Source of the DNA: Xylographa opegraphella
Taxonomy: Eukaryota
Assembly (NCBI GenBank): GCA_022813865.1
Contig: JALDZX010000106.1
Coordinates: 1 to 37,163 of the forward strand
Reading direction: 5' to 3'
Length of the DNA stretch: 37,163 nt
The position numbers were made by a program, and so were the translations under genes. Numbering within the stretch: the stretch's first letter is position 1; each line of letters starts with the position of its first letter. Under the pieces are notes generated by a model. The model was not told where the DNA came from, searched no databases, and saw only the letters and a program-made list of their open reading frames with translations. Below, in pieces: positions 23,869 through 36,651 of this stretch.

Positions 23869-25462
23869 CTTGCCAGGGCTATATATTTAAATTTAATAAT
23901 TAGAATAAATATTACTTTTAATTTTTAATTTATTTAAATAATTAGCTTTTCGCTAAACATATATACACGTATTTAAAAATAAATATTTTATTTTATTTAT
24001 TTATTGTGTAATTAGAATTAAAATAATCGATAAAATTAAATTTTTTATTATTTTCGTAAATTATTTTAAAATTAATCGTTAATTAAATATAATCAAATAA
24101 AGTTTTTAAATACGCGGCCGTAATATTTTGTAAAATTATTAAAATTATAATTTAATTTTCCTAAAGCAAAAACGATATTAAAATTTATATATATAATCGC
24201 GTATATTAAATTTTTAATTAGGTATTGATATTTATATTAATCGATTTTTTCATTTTCGAGATCGGCTAAGTAAAGCGAATCGTAATCGTTTATTAAAATT
24301 ATTATTATTTTATATTTATTAATTTTTATATATAATTTTACGAAATTTTTTTTGAAATCAAAAATTTAATTTAAATAAATTAAACAATTTCTCTAATCGC
24401 GCCTAATTTAAATGCCTTGGATTTTTTTTAAATTTTGTTAAAACTTTAATTTTAAAAAGTTTTGCGAATTTAATTTTAAATTTGTAAATTTTAATTTAAT
24501 AAATATCGTTTATATATAAAAATAGTTAAATTCTTGTATTAAACTAAATTAATGAATAAAACTTATCATTATATTATTTAAAATTAATTCGTTCGAAATT
24601 TTAAATATAATATTTATAGTAATTACGATTTGTTTATTTAAAGTCGTAAAATCTTTACAATATTTTCAAATAGTATATTAATTTAATTTTGATTCCCAAT
24701 AAAAATAATGTATAAATTTTTTAAAAAAAAATTAATAAAAACGTTATTAACGTTTATTTAATCATATTTTAAATTTATTATAATTATTAACGCGAGAAAA
24801 AGGCGAAACGTATCGTATTTTATAATTAAAATAAAAGTATTTTTATAATTTACGCCGTATTTATAAAAGAACTTTTTTTATAATATAGCTTTTAAATTTA
24901 TTTCATAGATCGTTAGCGTAAAATTTTAATTTAAATATTTAAATATTTATAATAATTTTGACGCCTTTTAATAAATTCTTTTTGAATTTTATGAAATACG
25001 AATACAATAATATTCGCGTTTACCATTTTTATTAAAGCTTTTTTATTTTAAACTATTAATCGCTTTTTTATACGTCAATAAAATAAAAACGATATTTAAT
25101 TTCGTAATTAATTCGTCGTTTTTATTGCTTTTCGCTAAGAATGCTAATTATATCAAATTATTAAATTTCTGTTTAATTTCGAACAATAATTTTTTAAGTT
25201 AATTCGAACTATTTTTATTATTTTTAAACTTTAATTAATAAAATTTATTTCATCGAATTTTTTCCATAGTTAAAGAATAACGTTTTAATAAGAAATTTTA
25301 TTTAAATTAAAGCGAAAAAGATATACAATAATTAATTATTATCGAAATTAGTTTTATTAATTCTTTTTAAATAATTAAATAAAAAGGAATTCGGCGATTA
25401 ATAACGTATTTTTAAACATTTTAATTGATCAAGTCGTTTCGCTTCAAAATCGTTATATATAA

Positions 25463-25718
25463 TGTAAAGGAATTCGTAGGAAGTCCGCAGCAGCCTAGTT
25501 GAGTAGGCAAAGGGGTAGGCAAAAGGATTGGATCGGGGTCGCAGCTAGGTCAAGTCTTTTCTGAATAAGGTCACTTTCCGTCCGACAGAGAGTGAAAAGA
25601 AGAAAAAAACGAATTAACTGCCGTTGTGGCTCTGCTGCTCTATCGCTATATGCAGATGCGTGAGGAAGGAAGCTCCAAATCAAAAAGCACCCAAAAGACC
25701 CGCCCCGAATCCACCACA
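25463..25718 (+). mobile_element. Solo LTR family D (256 bp), 4-bp TSD ATAA, inserted in the Copia
   Basis: TGTAAAGG...CCACCACA, GC-rich, flanked by ATAA on both sides. Inverted copy at 36396-36651. Confidence 0.85.
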
Positions 25719-28629
25719 ATAAAAAATTTTAATTATTAGTAAAAGAAGTTTTCAAATAAGGGAAAAATCTTATTTAATAAATTTTTAAACGTAGTTAATT
25801 ATTTAAATTTTTTATGAATTTTTTAATGGGTTATTTTAATTAACATAATATTTATATTATTTTGCAAATAATATATAAAGCCTTTTTATAGGGTTTTTAA
25901 TAAGTAAAATATTTATAATTTATTTTAAAAATTTAAAATTAATCGATTTTTAAAATAAAATTTTCTTGAATTTTATCGCGTGGCTTTTAATAACGCGTTA
26001 AAAATTTAATATTTATAAAATTTAATATTTATGAATTCTATTAACGTATTTTATAAATATTTATATGTAACCGCGCGGTATAAATTTATATTCTTTTCTT
26101 TTTTAAAAAAATAATTTTAAATTAACGTAAAAATAGTATTTATGTTTTTAAACCTTAATATATTTAATATTAAAAGTAATATTTATTGAAATTTTTTCAA
26201 GCGAAATTAATTTGTCGTTGATTATAAAATCAGTATTAATTCGATTTTTTAAATAAGCGTTAATTAATTCGATTTTTATTTAAAATTTAACGGAAAAGTT
26301 TATAATTTTAAATATAATGCGTATTAAATTTTTTAAAGTTTATATCAATCGTTTAATAACGTTATTTTATTTTATTTTATTTTGTAAAGTACTATATATT
26401 GTAAAACGATTTTTATATTTATTTTTTAATCGTTTAGAATAAATTTTAAATTAAAAGCGTTATTATTATAAATTATTATAAGTTTCGTTTTAAATTATAA
26501 CTTTATAGTTCGTTTTTATTTATTCAATTCGACGATTACGTTTAATTTTTATTTTAACGAAATATTTTAAATATTTTTAAAATAATTATTTATAATGAAA
26601 ATAAATAAATATAATCTTTGCGAAATATTGATAAATACTTATATACATTAATTAAAATTAAAACGAGAATTTTAAAGTCATATTTATTTATAATATAATT
26701 TTTTTAATTTCGAAGTCTTAAGAAAACGTAAATTTTGTAAATTTCGTCGATACTTTATAAAACGACGATTAAATTTTAAATTTTAAATATTTTATATAAA
26801 CTTTTTATTTTAACGTATTTTAAATACGTCAAATAACGATAGTAAAAACTATATTTTTTATTATGTTATTTTTAAGCGACGTAAATTTCTTTTCTATAAG
26901 CGTAAAATTTATATTATTAATTAATAATTTAAATTAGTTTTAATTAAATATAAAAACGTTAATTAATTTAAAAAACTAAGCCATTTTTATATTATAAATA
27001 AATAACATACGTTCGATTTTACTGCGAGTAAAAATAGTAAAAGTGAAATTATTATATTTTTTATTATTTATTTAACGATATATACGCTATTTTTTTACGA
27101 ATAATAATAATTTTTTTTAATATTTTAATTATATATATATGATTTTTTATTGAAGTTATTACGTAAGTTTTTTTCGTATATTCATTTATTAAAAGAAAAT
27201 TAGTATTAAAGTGGGGAATATAAAAAATCAAAATTAAAAGTATTTTATAATTTTTTGAATTTTATATAATAATCGTACTAGCGTAATCGATATAAAGTTT
27301 TATTTTTTTATTTTTTATTTGACGCTTTTTTATTTTAATTAAAAATTTATGAAGAATTTAAATTAATTAATTATATATAAAAAAGCGTTAAAATCATTTA
27401 TTTAATTAAATTTAAAAATTTTTGAAATTTTTTTTTTTAAAAAAGAGATAATTTTAATTATTTTATTGTTAAAATCGAATTCGAAATTTATTAATTTATT
27501 ATTATTTAATTGATTTTTAATATTAAATTCATAATGGCCCTTGTTTCGATTATTTTTTAAATTTTTTTAATTTTTATCGAAAATTTTACTATTAAGCGAT
27601 TTATGTTTAAAAAAACTATTTAAACGTTTTATATTAATTTATTTTTTTAATAAAAAAAAATCTAATTATAATTTATTAAAGGATATCTTTTTTAATAAAA
27701 AAATATTTATTAAATTTATTACAGCAGAATTTTAACCGTTCGAAATTAAACAAATTCTTTAATAGCAATATTTTTTATTATATTTTTTATTATATTTTTT
27801 TTCGCGATCGCTTTATTTGCTTTAAAACGCGATATTATTTAAAAATTGAAAATAAATTTCTTTTTGATAATTTAATGAGTTTTTTTTAACGTTATCAATA
27901 TTTCCTACGTTAAAATCGTTTTTAATTATTTCATATTTTTTAAAAAGCGAATAAAATTATAAAATTCGATAAAATTTATAGCGATAAATCTTTAATAAAA
28001 AATACAAAATTATAATATACGATATTATTTATGAAAAATTCAATTTATTTACGAATTAATCGAAATAAAGAATTCTTTAGTTAATATAAAATTTGATTTA
28101 CGACGAAAGAAAAAATATTATTCAAATAAAATATTTATTTTCGTCTTGAGCTATCGATAAAAATATATATATATTAATTTCGCGTAGCTAATTATCGCGA
28201 ATATCGTGAGTTTTCAAGCTATGAAAAATTTATTTATTTTTCAAAACGCGTAATAATAATCGCGAGTGTATATTTATTTTTTTATTTAAAAATTGCGTAA
28301 TAAACAACTACAAAGTTTATATTTTTTTAAAACACGTAGTAAGAATCGTTTAATATATATCCATTTAATTGTACCTTAAAAAATGCGTAATAGATAATTA
28401 TAGTACTTATTAATATCGAGTCTCGTAGTAAATTACTAAATATTAAATTATTTTGTACAATTAATTATTTTAATCCTTGCGCGAACCCCGGGTTTATAAT
28501 TAATTAAAACATGGAAATAAAATTAAAATAATAAAATTATTACTTTAATAAATTATTTAAATCAAAATACGTACCAAAATTGGTTTTTTTAAGAAAAAGT
28601 TTTTTGATATTTGATTACGCTAATTTAGC

Positions 28630-28770
28630 GATTATAATAAATCAATAATTATAATAAATCAATAATTATAATAAATCAATAATTATAATAAATCAATAAT
28701 TATAATAAATCAATAATTATAATAAATCAATAATTATAATAAATCAATAATTATAATAAATTAATAATTA
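28630..28770 (+). repeat. 17-bp minisatellite (ATTATAATAAATCAATA), about 8 copies, inside the Copia 5' LTR
   Basis: Visible tandem array. Confidence 0.9.
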
Positions 28771-29461
28771 CGTTACTTTAATAGCGGGTTAGCGCTTATA
28801 TTGCCTTTAAATAATATAAAAAACATTTTGCCAGGCAGCGTTATTTCCAACAATTTCTTTTTTAAAAATTAATTTTAATGTAAATATTGATTTATTTTTA
28901 ATAGCCTTTCGACCTGCGAATGAAAATAAAAATTGTTTATTTTAAATATTATTAAATTACGATGTTTATTTTTATAATAATTTATTATTTAAAAAAATTG
29001 AAACTGGCTATAATTTTCGCGTATATCTTTAAAAAGGTATAATGATATTTTATTATTATTACTTTATTAATTAATTAAATTTTTCGACGCAAGTCCAATC
29101 GAACCGTTTTAAAATAAAATTTTTAATAAAATTCGTTGATTTCTTTTTTTAATTTTTTATTAAACTAATTTTTAAAAATAAATTCTCGTAATCGTTATTA
29201 TTATTATTAAAATCGTTTTTTTTAAATTTACAGTATTCTCGAACTCATTTCAATTCGATTTTTTATTATTAAAATTTTTATTAAAATTAAATTCGCTGAA
29301 ATAATCGAATTTAACAAATAATTTAATATTATTATAATATTATTAATAAAATATTTTAATTTTAACCTTAGTGTTATTTTTATTCTTCGTACTATTTGTT
29401 AAATTTTATTTATATTTTCAAGGTCGATCTCGAAATCGTAATCGAATTTTTAATAATATAA

Positions 29462-31374
29462 TATTAAAATCTTTATTTTCACAGAGTAAATCGCGCGAAC
29501 AAATTTATTAATTTTCGTGTTATTTAAATATTACAGAAAAAGTATTAAAAGCTGCCATTAAATACTGTTAAAAAATATTAGCAAAAAGAATTCTTGCTTA
29601 AAATTCAAGGTTTTACAGGCCGGTCAAAAAGTATACTTTTTGCGTATTTAACACGTTTAGCACGTTCAGTATAAAAAGCAAGATTTTTTATTTTTAACTC
29701 TTTTAGTAAATATTTTATATATTTAAAATACGTTTAAAACACGTTTTTAATACCTTTTCAAAATATAAATAGAAATAGAATAAATTATAAAGTTTTAAAT
29801 TAACGAGTATTACTCGTAAATATTCGTTAATACTGTAACTCTACGAATATTCAACGTAATTTAAAGATTTCGACAAATTTGAATTTTTTACGTAAAATTA
29901 ACTTAATTACGTATTTATATTTTTTATATAAACTTAGTACCTGCTTAAAAGGATTTAAAAGAGTTTTTTTCGAAAAATACTTTTTATTTAATCAGTTTTT
30001 ATTTATTTTTAATAATTTTTAAACATATTTTTAAGCGAATTAACTATTTTCAGACATTTTTTATTTTTCAATTTAATAAAAAAGTTGTTAAACGTATTAA
30101 ACGTATTAAAAACGTAAAAGATATACTTTTTGTATGCAAAAATTAAAAATCTTGTATTATTTCTGCAAATTTGCTTTTTGCGCAAAGAATTTAATTTCGA
30201 ATCGAATTTTCCTTTTTCCTTTTTCCTTTTTGCCGATGAACGAAATTTTAAATTATATATTTAACAATTTCGCGAAAAGTTATAGCTTTAAATATTTCGA
30301 ACTTAAATGAATTAAATTAATAATAATCGACGAATTATTAAAAACATAAATATATAAATTAAATTTCTATTATCATTTCTTAATATTATAAAAAATAATT
30401 CTTAATATAATAATTATAGCTAGTTACCATATTATATTAAATTAATTTTAATAACAAAAGTATTATATATTTGGAAACCGGGATGAAAAAGTATTCACAA
30501 AATAATATATTAATCGCGTTATTGATACGAATTTTAGATATTAATGAAAATCGATATAAAAAAATCAAAAATCGATCGAGATTATAAAACTTTTATTTTC
30601 AAATTAAAATAATTTTAATTAAAAACTCGATTCGACACGAATTAACAAAAGTTTATAAAATAAATAAAATCAAAGTTGAAAAATATTACGCATTTTTTAA
30701 TATTTTTTAAAAAAATATTAAAAATAGATATAACTTTTTTAAAAAAAAAAGGTTTTAATATTTTATTCAAATATTAATTATAAAATTGCGATATCAATCT
30801 CGAATCAGAAAAAAAATTAACATTCGAATTTATATATAATATATTTAAAAAAAATTAAAAATTTCGCAAATACATTAACGGAAATTTAAAAAAAAATTAT
30901 ACGAGAATTTAAATTATTCGCGAATTATTTAATAATATTTATATTTAAAAAAACGAAAATTTAAAATCTTGCATTGATTATAAAGAATTAAACGATATTA
31001 TTATTAAAAATCGATATTTATTTGCAAAGATTAATAAAATACGAAATAAATTTAGTAAACTAAAAGCTTTTATCAAACTCGATTTTAAAAACGTAAATAA
31101 TTTAATTAAAGTAAAATTCGAAATAATGAATAAAAAATAATATTTCGAAATAAATATATATTTTTTAAATTAATTAATATATTAACTATTTACCAAGCCT
31201 TGATTAATAACTTATTAGCAATATATTCAAATCAAACGATGATAATTTATTTAAACGATATAATTATTTATTTGAAATTAGCAAAAAAAATATAACGTAT
31301 TTATAAAAAGTATTTAAATATTTAAAAAAACAAAAAAAAATTAAATTGAAAAAATTTAAATTTAATAAAAACGA
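29462..31374 (+). mobile_element. Partial second Ty3/Gypsy copy related to family C (LTR fragment plus protease-RT), interrupted by a TIR element
   Basis: 29462-29575 resembles the reverse complement of LTR C. 30239-31370 aligns by eye to the reverse complement of about 21770-20600. RT relic CIDYKELNDIIIKNRY at ~30970. Confidence 0.75.
29576..30238. mobile_element. Non-autonomous TIR element (MITE-like), copy 1
   Basis: TATTAGCAAAA...TTTTGCCGATG termini. Reverse-complement homologous to 32543-33150. Confidence 0.75.
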
Positions 31375-31739
31375 TATACAAAGTAACCTCGCCTGATAAA
31401 ATATTTTTTATATTATATAAAGGCAATATAAACGCTAGTTTACTATTCAATTAACGTAATTATTAAATTAACGTGATTATTAATTTAACGTGATTATTAA
31501 TTTAACGTAATTTTTCATTTAACGTAATTTTTAATTTAATATAAATTGTTAACTTAATGTAACCATATGCAAAAAACTTTCTTAAAAAGAAATTAATTTT
31601 TTACGCGTTTTAATATACAGTTTAATAAAATATTTATTTTATTTATTTATTTTAATTGATTATAAAACCCGAGTTCGCGCAACGATTAAAATAATTAATC
31701 GTATAAATAATTTAATGCTCGGTAGTTTATTACGAAACT

Positions 31740-31939
31740 AGTTGAAATGAATGGGTGGAATCAGTATGGTGGAACCAGTGCTTCATTGAACTATCTGTCA
31801 AGATGCGTAAGAAGGTTNCTTTCTTCTTAAGGAAGAAAGCTCCCTTATATACGGCTACGCTAGTCTAGAAGCAGGTTAGCGTCTATGTTGCCAGCAGGCA
31901 ACATAGAGGGCATTCTGCCAGGCAACGCTATTTCCAACA
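31740..31939 (-). mobile_element. Solo Copia LTR family B (200 bp), TSD AAACT, barely mutated
   Basis: AGTTGAAATG...TTTCCAACA flanked by AAACT on both sides. Homologous to 16742-16987 and 28502-28852. Confidence 0.85.
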
Positions 31940-32139
31940 AAACTCGATATTAATAAATATTATAATTATTTATTACGCGTTTTTTACGATAAAAATAAAT
32001 TAAATATATATTAAAAGATTTTTATTTTACGCGTTTTAAAAAAGTAAATGAAGTTTATAATTATTTATTACGCAATTCCTTTAATAAAAGTAAAGAAATA
32101 TATATTCGCGGTTATTATTACGCGTTTTTAGAAAATAAA

Positions 32140-32322
32140 TGTTACGGCTCATCAACTCACCACGCAAGCACGCTTAGAACGTAAGCTTTAGGTGGACGAT
32201 TTCAACCCAGATTAAGATGGAGAAGCGGTGAGGCTGCTCCAAGGGCGAGACTATATACTAAAGGTGCTAGTCCTGATCCAGCCCGACCCCTATTACCTGT
32301 GACTGATGTCATAGCCGTCACA
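32140..32322 (+). mobile_element. Solo LTR family A (183 bp, complete), TSD ATAAA
   Basis: TGTTACGGCT...AGCCGTCACA flanked by ATAAA on both sides. Nearly identical to 14259-14441. Confidence 0.92.
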
Positions 32323-32459
32323 ATAAATAAATTTTTTATAATTTAAAAGCTCACGACACTCGTGGCAGTTAATTACGCGAAATTAACATATATATATATA
32401 TTTATTAATAATTTAATATAATATATTTATATATTAATAATTTAATTTAATATAATATA

Positions 32460-33800
32460 TTTATTTATTTATTAATTTTACATCGATGTAATCTCTTATA
32501 AAGTTTATACGGGAAAAGTTTATTTATATATATATAAACTGACATCAGCAAAATGGAAAAACGAAAATTCGATCAAAAAGTATGCTTTTTGCGCATTTAA
32601 TACGTTCAATACGTTTAACAGCTTTTTTATTGAACTAAAAAAGTAGAAAAAAAGTTCCAAAATGGTTAATTCGCTTAAAGAATATATTTAAAAATTATTA
32701 AAAATAAATAAAAGTTAATTAAGCAAAAAAAAACTTTAAAAAACTTTTTTTAAATCTTTTTAAACAGGTTCTCTACTAAGTTTATATAAATAATATAAAT
32801 ACGTTACTAGATTGGTTTTACGTAAAAAATCCAAATTCGTTAAAATTTTTAAATTACGTTGAATATTCGTAAAGTTATAATATTAACGAATATTTACGAA
32901 TAATACCCGTTAATTTAAAACTTTATAAAAGAATTTTAGTTATTTTCTATTATTTTCAGCTATATTTTAAAAAGATATTAAAAACGTATTTAATACGTAT
33001 TTTAAATAAAAAAAATTTATTAAAAAAGTAAAAAATAAAAATTTTTACTTTTTATGTTAAACGTGCTAAACGTATTAAATGTGGAAAAAGCATGCTTTTT
33101 GATCGACCTGTAAAACTTTGAATTTTAAGCCAGAATTCTTTTTGCTGATGGAATAATTCTTTAGGAAAAAATTACCTTTTTATTACGTTTTTTATACGTT
33201 CGACTTTTATATAATTAATAATATTTTTTTTATTTCCCTCGTTTAGTAACTTTAGTTGCGCGCATTGCGTAATTCGTAATTTATAATATTAAGATTTTGA
33301 CGTTAATACTTCGAGTTTCGTACGTTATTTTTGTATTAATTTATTATTATTTACTTTAAATTTACGCTATTTTTACGTTTCGTTATTTATTTATTTTTTT
33401 ACTACTTTTGCATTCTCTCGCATTGGCGTAAATTTATTTATTTATTAACTTTACACCGATGTAATTTTTTATAAAGTTTATACGAAAAAAGTTTATTTGT
33501 ATATATATAAATTGAGTAATTGTTTAAAAAAAATCAATTTTTATTACGTTTTTTATACGTTCCATCTTTATATAATTTATAATTTTTATTATTTTATTGT
33601 TATTTTTTATTTAATAGCCTTAATTACGCGTATTGCGTAACTTATAATTTATAATATCGAGATTTTAATATTAATGTTTCGAATTTCGTACGTTAATTTT
33701 ATATTAATTTATTATTATTTACTTTCAATTTGCGTCATTTTTGTATTTTATTATTCATTATTTTTTTATTATCTTTACATATTTTTATATTAACGTATAT
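32460..33800 (+). repeat. Degenerate tandem duplication of about 360 bp; the first unit is split by the TIR element
   Basis: 32460-32542 plus 33151-33437 aligns with 33438-33800 (e.g. CATCGATGTAAT/CACCGATGTAAT, TTCGTACGTTA). Confidence 0.7.
32543..33150. mobile_element. Non-autonomous TIR element, copy 2 (608 bp), 2-bp TSD GA
   Basis: Perfect 11-bp TIR CATCAGCAAAA...TTTTGCTGATG with GA on both sides. The empty site is visible in the duplicate at ~33510. Confidence 0.8.
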
Positions 33801-34579
33801 TGAACGCTTATTTTTTATATTATATATGTATTTTATTATAATTAAACGTCGTAACATTAAAGTTCGTACTAAAAAAAAATTTAAAAAATTTTTTGCGCGA
33901 AATCGCGGTAGAATACTTATCATTAAAAACGATTTTTTATATTTTAATGTTTTAAATTTATATTACCGACGATTTTTTTTTTACGTTTTTAAACTCGTCT
34001 CTACGTTTTATTATTATTATTTAAAACGAATAATACGCTTCGAGCGCGTATTCGCGTTAAATTGTTAAAAAGATTTATAATTATATTTACTGCTTTGCAA
34101 ATTATAAACGATATTATATTATATATATCTATTTTTAACGCTAATTGAACGTATACTAATCGTTTAAATTCTTTTAAAATTCGTTTAAATCGTCGTGAAT
34201 TTTAAGGCTTATATTCAGGATTTGATTTAAATCGCTAGGGGAAAAAAGTTTAAAAGTGAAGTTTACGCTGAGGCGATTGAGCGTTAAATAAATATTTTTT
34301 GTACGTTTACTGTGAGTTGACTGTGAGTAATTATTTATATTTCGATGTTTTAGAAATCGATTAGGAGCGAAAGCTGATTTCATTAAAACGTCAGATTATA
34401 ACTGTCGAGCGTATAATTATAATCAGTTTATATATTATAAATATTATATATTTATTATACGTTTATATTAATATATTTAAAATCGTTTAAATTATTTAAA
34501 AATTTAATCAAATAAAGGAAAACGTTTATTCGACAAAAATTAAAAGGCTGCGACGCAGTTTTTTAGCGATATTAACGAT

Positions 34580-34690
34580 AAAAATATTAAAAATATTAAA
34601 AATACTAAAAATATTAAAAATACTAAAAATATTAAAAATACTAAAAATATTAAAAATACTAAAAATATTAAAAATACTAAAAATATTAAA
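34580..34690 (+). repeat. Alternating AAAATATTA/AAAATACTA 9-mer array, about 12 units
   Basis: Visible tandem array with 18-bp higher-order periodicity. Confidence 0.85.
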
Positions 34691-36395
34691 AAAAAAGGAA
34701 CGAAGGGGAAAAAGGCGAAAAAAACAATAATAAAACCGATCAGTTTAATTTATATTATACGTATATTTTTTATTTTCCGTACGTTTACTAAATATTATAG
34801 TAATTATACGTCATATCTTTATAACTTTTTATTTATTTATAAATTAAATTTTTTATATTAATTTTTTTAATTTTTTTTAAATGTTTAAAACGGGAAAAAT
34901 ACGAGTTTATAATATTTTTCGTACGATTTTCATACTTTGATATATTTTTGATTATTTATTATTGAATTGTTATTATCGTGTAAAATTAAAATAAAAAAAT
35001 TTTAAAAGTAATTTTTTTTAATTATAATAAAAACCTTTAAAACGTTACGGTAATTAAAATTAATAATAACGATAAATAAACGTTAACGTATTTACGTATA
35101 GTATATATAAAATATAAATATATATTTAGGAATTTATCATACTTAATCGTAATCGTATTTTAACGAGATTTAGTCGAGGATTATGCGTATATATAAAAAT
35201 ATTGTAAATTTTATTTTTTCGATGCGTAAAAAAATTAAAATAATATTTTTAACTTTTAATAATCTATTTTTAACGAATATTCTTTTAATATTTTAACTTT
35301 TATTAATCAATTTTCAACGAATATTCTTTTAATATTTGATTTTATTACGTCTATTTAATTTTTACTAACGTGTATTTTTATTTAATAAATTTATTAATGC
35401 TTGATTTACGTTTTTGTTAATTAAACTTTAATTAATTGTACGTTAAAAAAATTTTGTATCGTTTTTTAAACGTATTCGTGGCTTCGTTCGTACGTATATA
35501 TGATATAATTTTTTTAATTTATAATATTTTTTTTTTAAACGTGGCGACGGCTTTTTTATATTTTCTTTTTTTGCAGTTTTAACATTATTTTTTTTATAAT
35601 TTTTTATAATTTTTAAATCCCTTATTTTATTGATATTGTTTTTTAATTTTAATAAAATTAATTTTTATAAATATAAATTTATAGAAAAAATAAATAATGC
35701 TGCTTTTAACACGTTAATTTGAATCATACGATACGTTTTTATAATAATTTTTAAATATTTATTTTAAATAATCGTTAAATTTTTACTTATTAATTTTTTA
35801 AATTTTTTTATACTTTCTAAATTATATTAAACAATAAAATCGTTAAATCACGCTAAAAGTATAATTATTAAATATATTTATCTCGCCTTCGTAAATTTTA
35901 CGTTTTATATAAACTTTAATAATTTATCTAAAATTAATAATTAAATTAAATTCTTTTTTTCGATTTCGCGTAAATAGGGGCTTCATTTTAGCTAATTCTT
36001 TATTTAAACGGTTAAAACTTTTATTAATGCTTTAAAAATAATATTAAATTATTTTAAACAAATTAAAGCTCGAATATTAAATTTTTTAATATTTTTATAA
36101 AATAAAGAAATCCGTTTTTTTAAAGTACAAAACGTGCGTCATATTTACGTATTTATAGTTTATATTTTTTATATATATTCTTATTAACTTATTACAATTG
36201 TTTTTTATATTGTTTTTATAAATAAAAATATTTTCATCGTTTGCGAATTCTACGATATTTATTTTTCTACTCGATTACGTATAAATATTAATAAATTTAA
36301 CGTTAAAAAAAGAATAAAATAAAGGAAAAAAGGGATTTTTGCGAAATTTCGAAGCGTATTTTAAATATTTAAAACTCGTATTCTGGGATTATTAT

Positions 36396-36651
36396 TATGG
36401 TGGATTCGAGGCGGGTCTTTTGAGCGCTTTTTGATTTCGAGCTTTCTTCCTTATGCATTTACAGATAACAATAGAGCAGCAGAGCCACAACGGCAATTAA
36501 TTCGTTTTTTCCTTCTTTTCACTCTCTGTCGAACGGATAGTGACTTTATTCAGAAAAGATTTGACCCAGCTGCGACCCCGATTCAATCCTTTTACCTACC
36601 TCTTTGCCTATTTAACTAGGCTGCTGCGGACTTCCTACAAATTCCATTACA
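36396..36651 (-). mobile_element. Solo LTR family D (256 bp, inverted), TSD TTAT
   Basis: Reverse complement of 25463-25718, lightly mutated, flanked by TTAT on both sides. Confidence 0.85.

Larger units (their letters stand above)
16742..28852 (-). mobile_element. Full-length RIP-degraded Ty1/Copia retrotransposon (family B LTRs 28852-28502 and 16987-16742) with nested insertions
   Basis: TSD ATTTC on both sides. PBS-like GGTTATGAGCCC relic at 28501-28490. Minus-strand relics KYGVNY (YGIDY), INVNNVFIN (DVxxAFLN), IYINDI (YVDD), KYIALAS (EYIAL), KSKYINVIYYFIK (KHIDxxYHFIR). About 5.3 kb after removing the inserts. Confidence 0.85.
31375..32420 (+). mobile_element. 5' fragment of a second Copia copy (LTR B about 31375-31657, PBS, leader/gag), with two solo LTR insertions
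   Basis: Reverse complement of about 28145-28852 once 31740-31939 and 32140-32322 are removed. Confidence 0.75.

Noticed and set aside
23900..25460. LINE RT or mariner transposase (an SPDLN-like string near 24400)
   Set aside because: Several ordered minus-strand motifs fit Copia RT better.
29574..30240. AA as the TSD of TIR copy 1
   Set aside because: The flanks come from non-adjacent Gypsy regions, so the match may be coincidental.
28145..32420. Inverted repeat of about 700 bp suggesting a MULE or foldback element
   Set aside because: Both arms are Copia 5' LTR plus PBS and leader in opposite orientations. The left arm belongs to the TSD-bounded Copia.
33730..36390. AT-rich ORFs (33730-34068, 34174-34383) and a possible TE or recombinase relic
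   Set aside because: F/I/K/N-rich compositional ORFs with no recognisable motif. Left unclassified.
25495..36619. Similar small ORFs at 25495-25719 and 36431-36619 as a duplicated secreted-peptide gene
   Set aside because: Both lie wholly within family D solo LTRs and have non-ATG starts.
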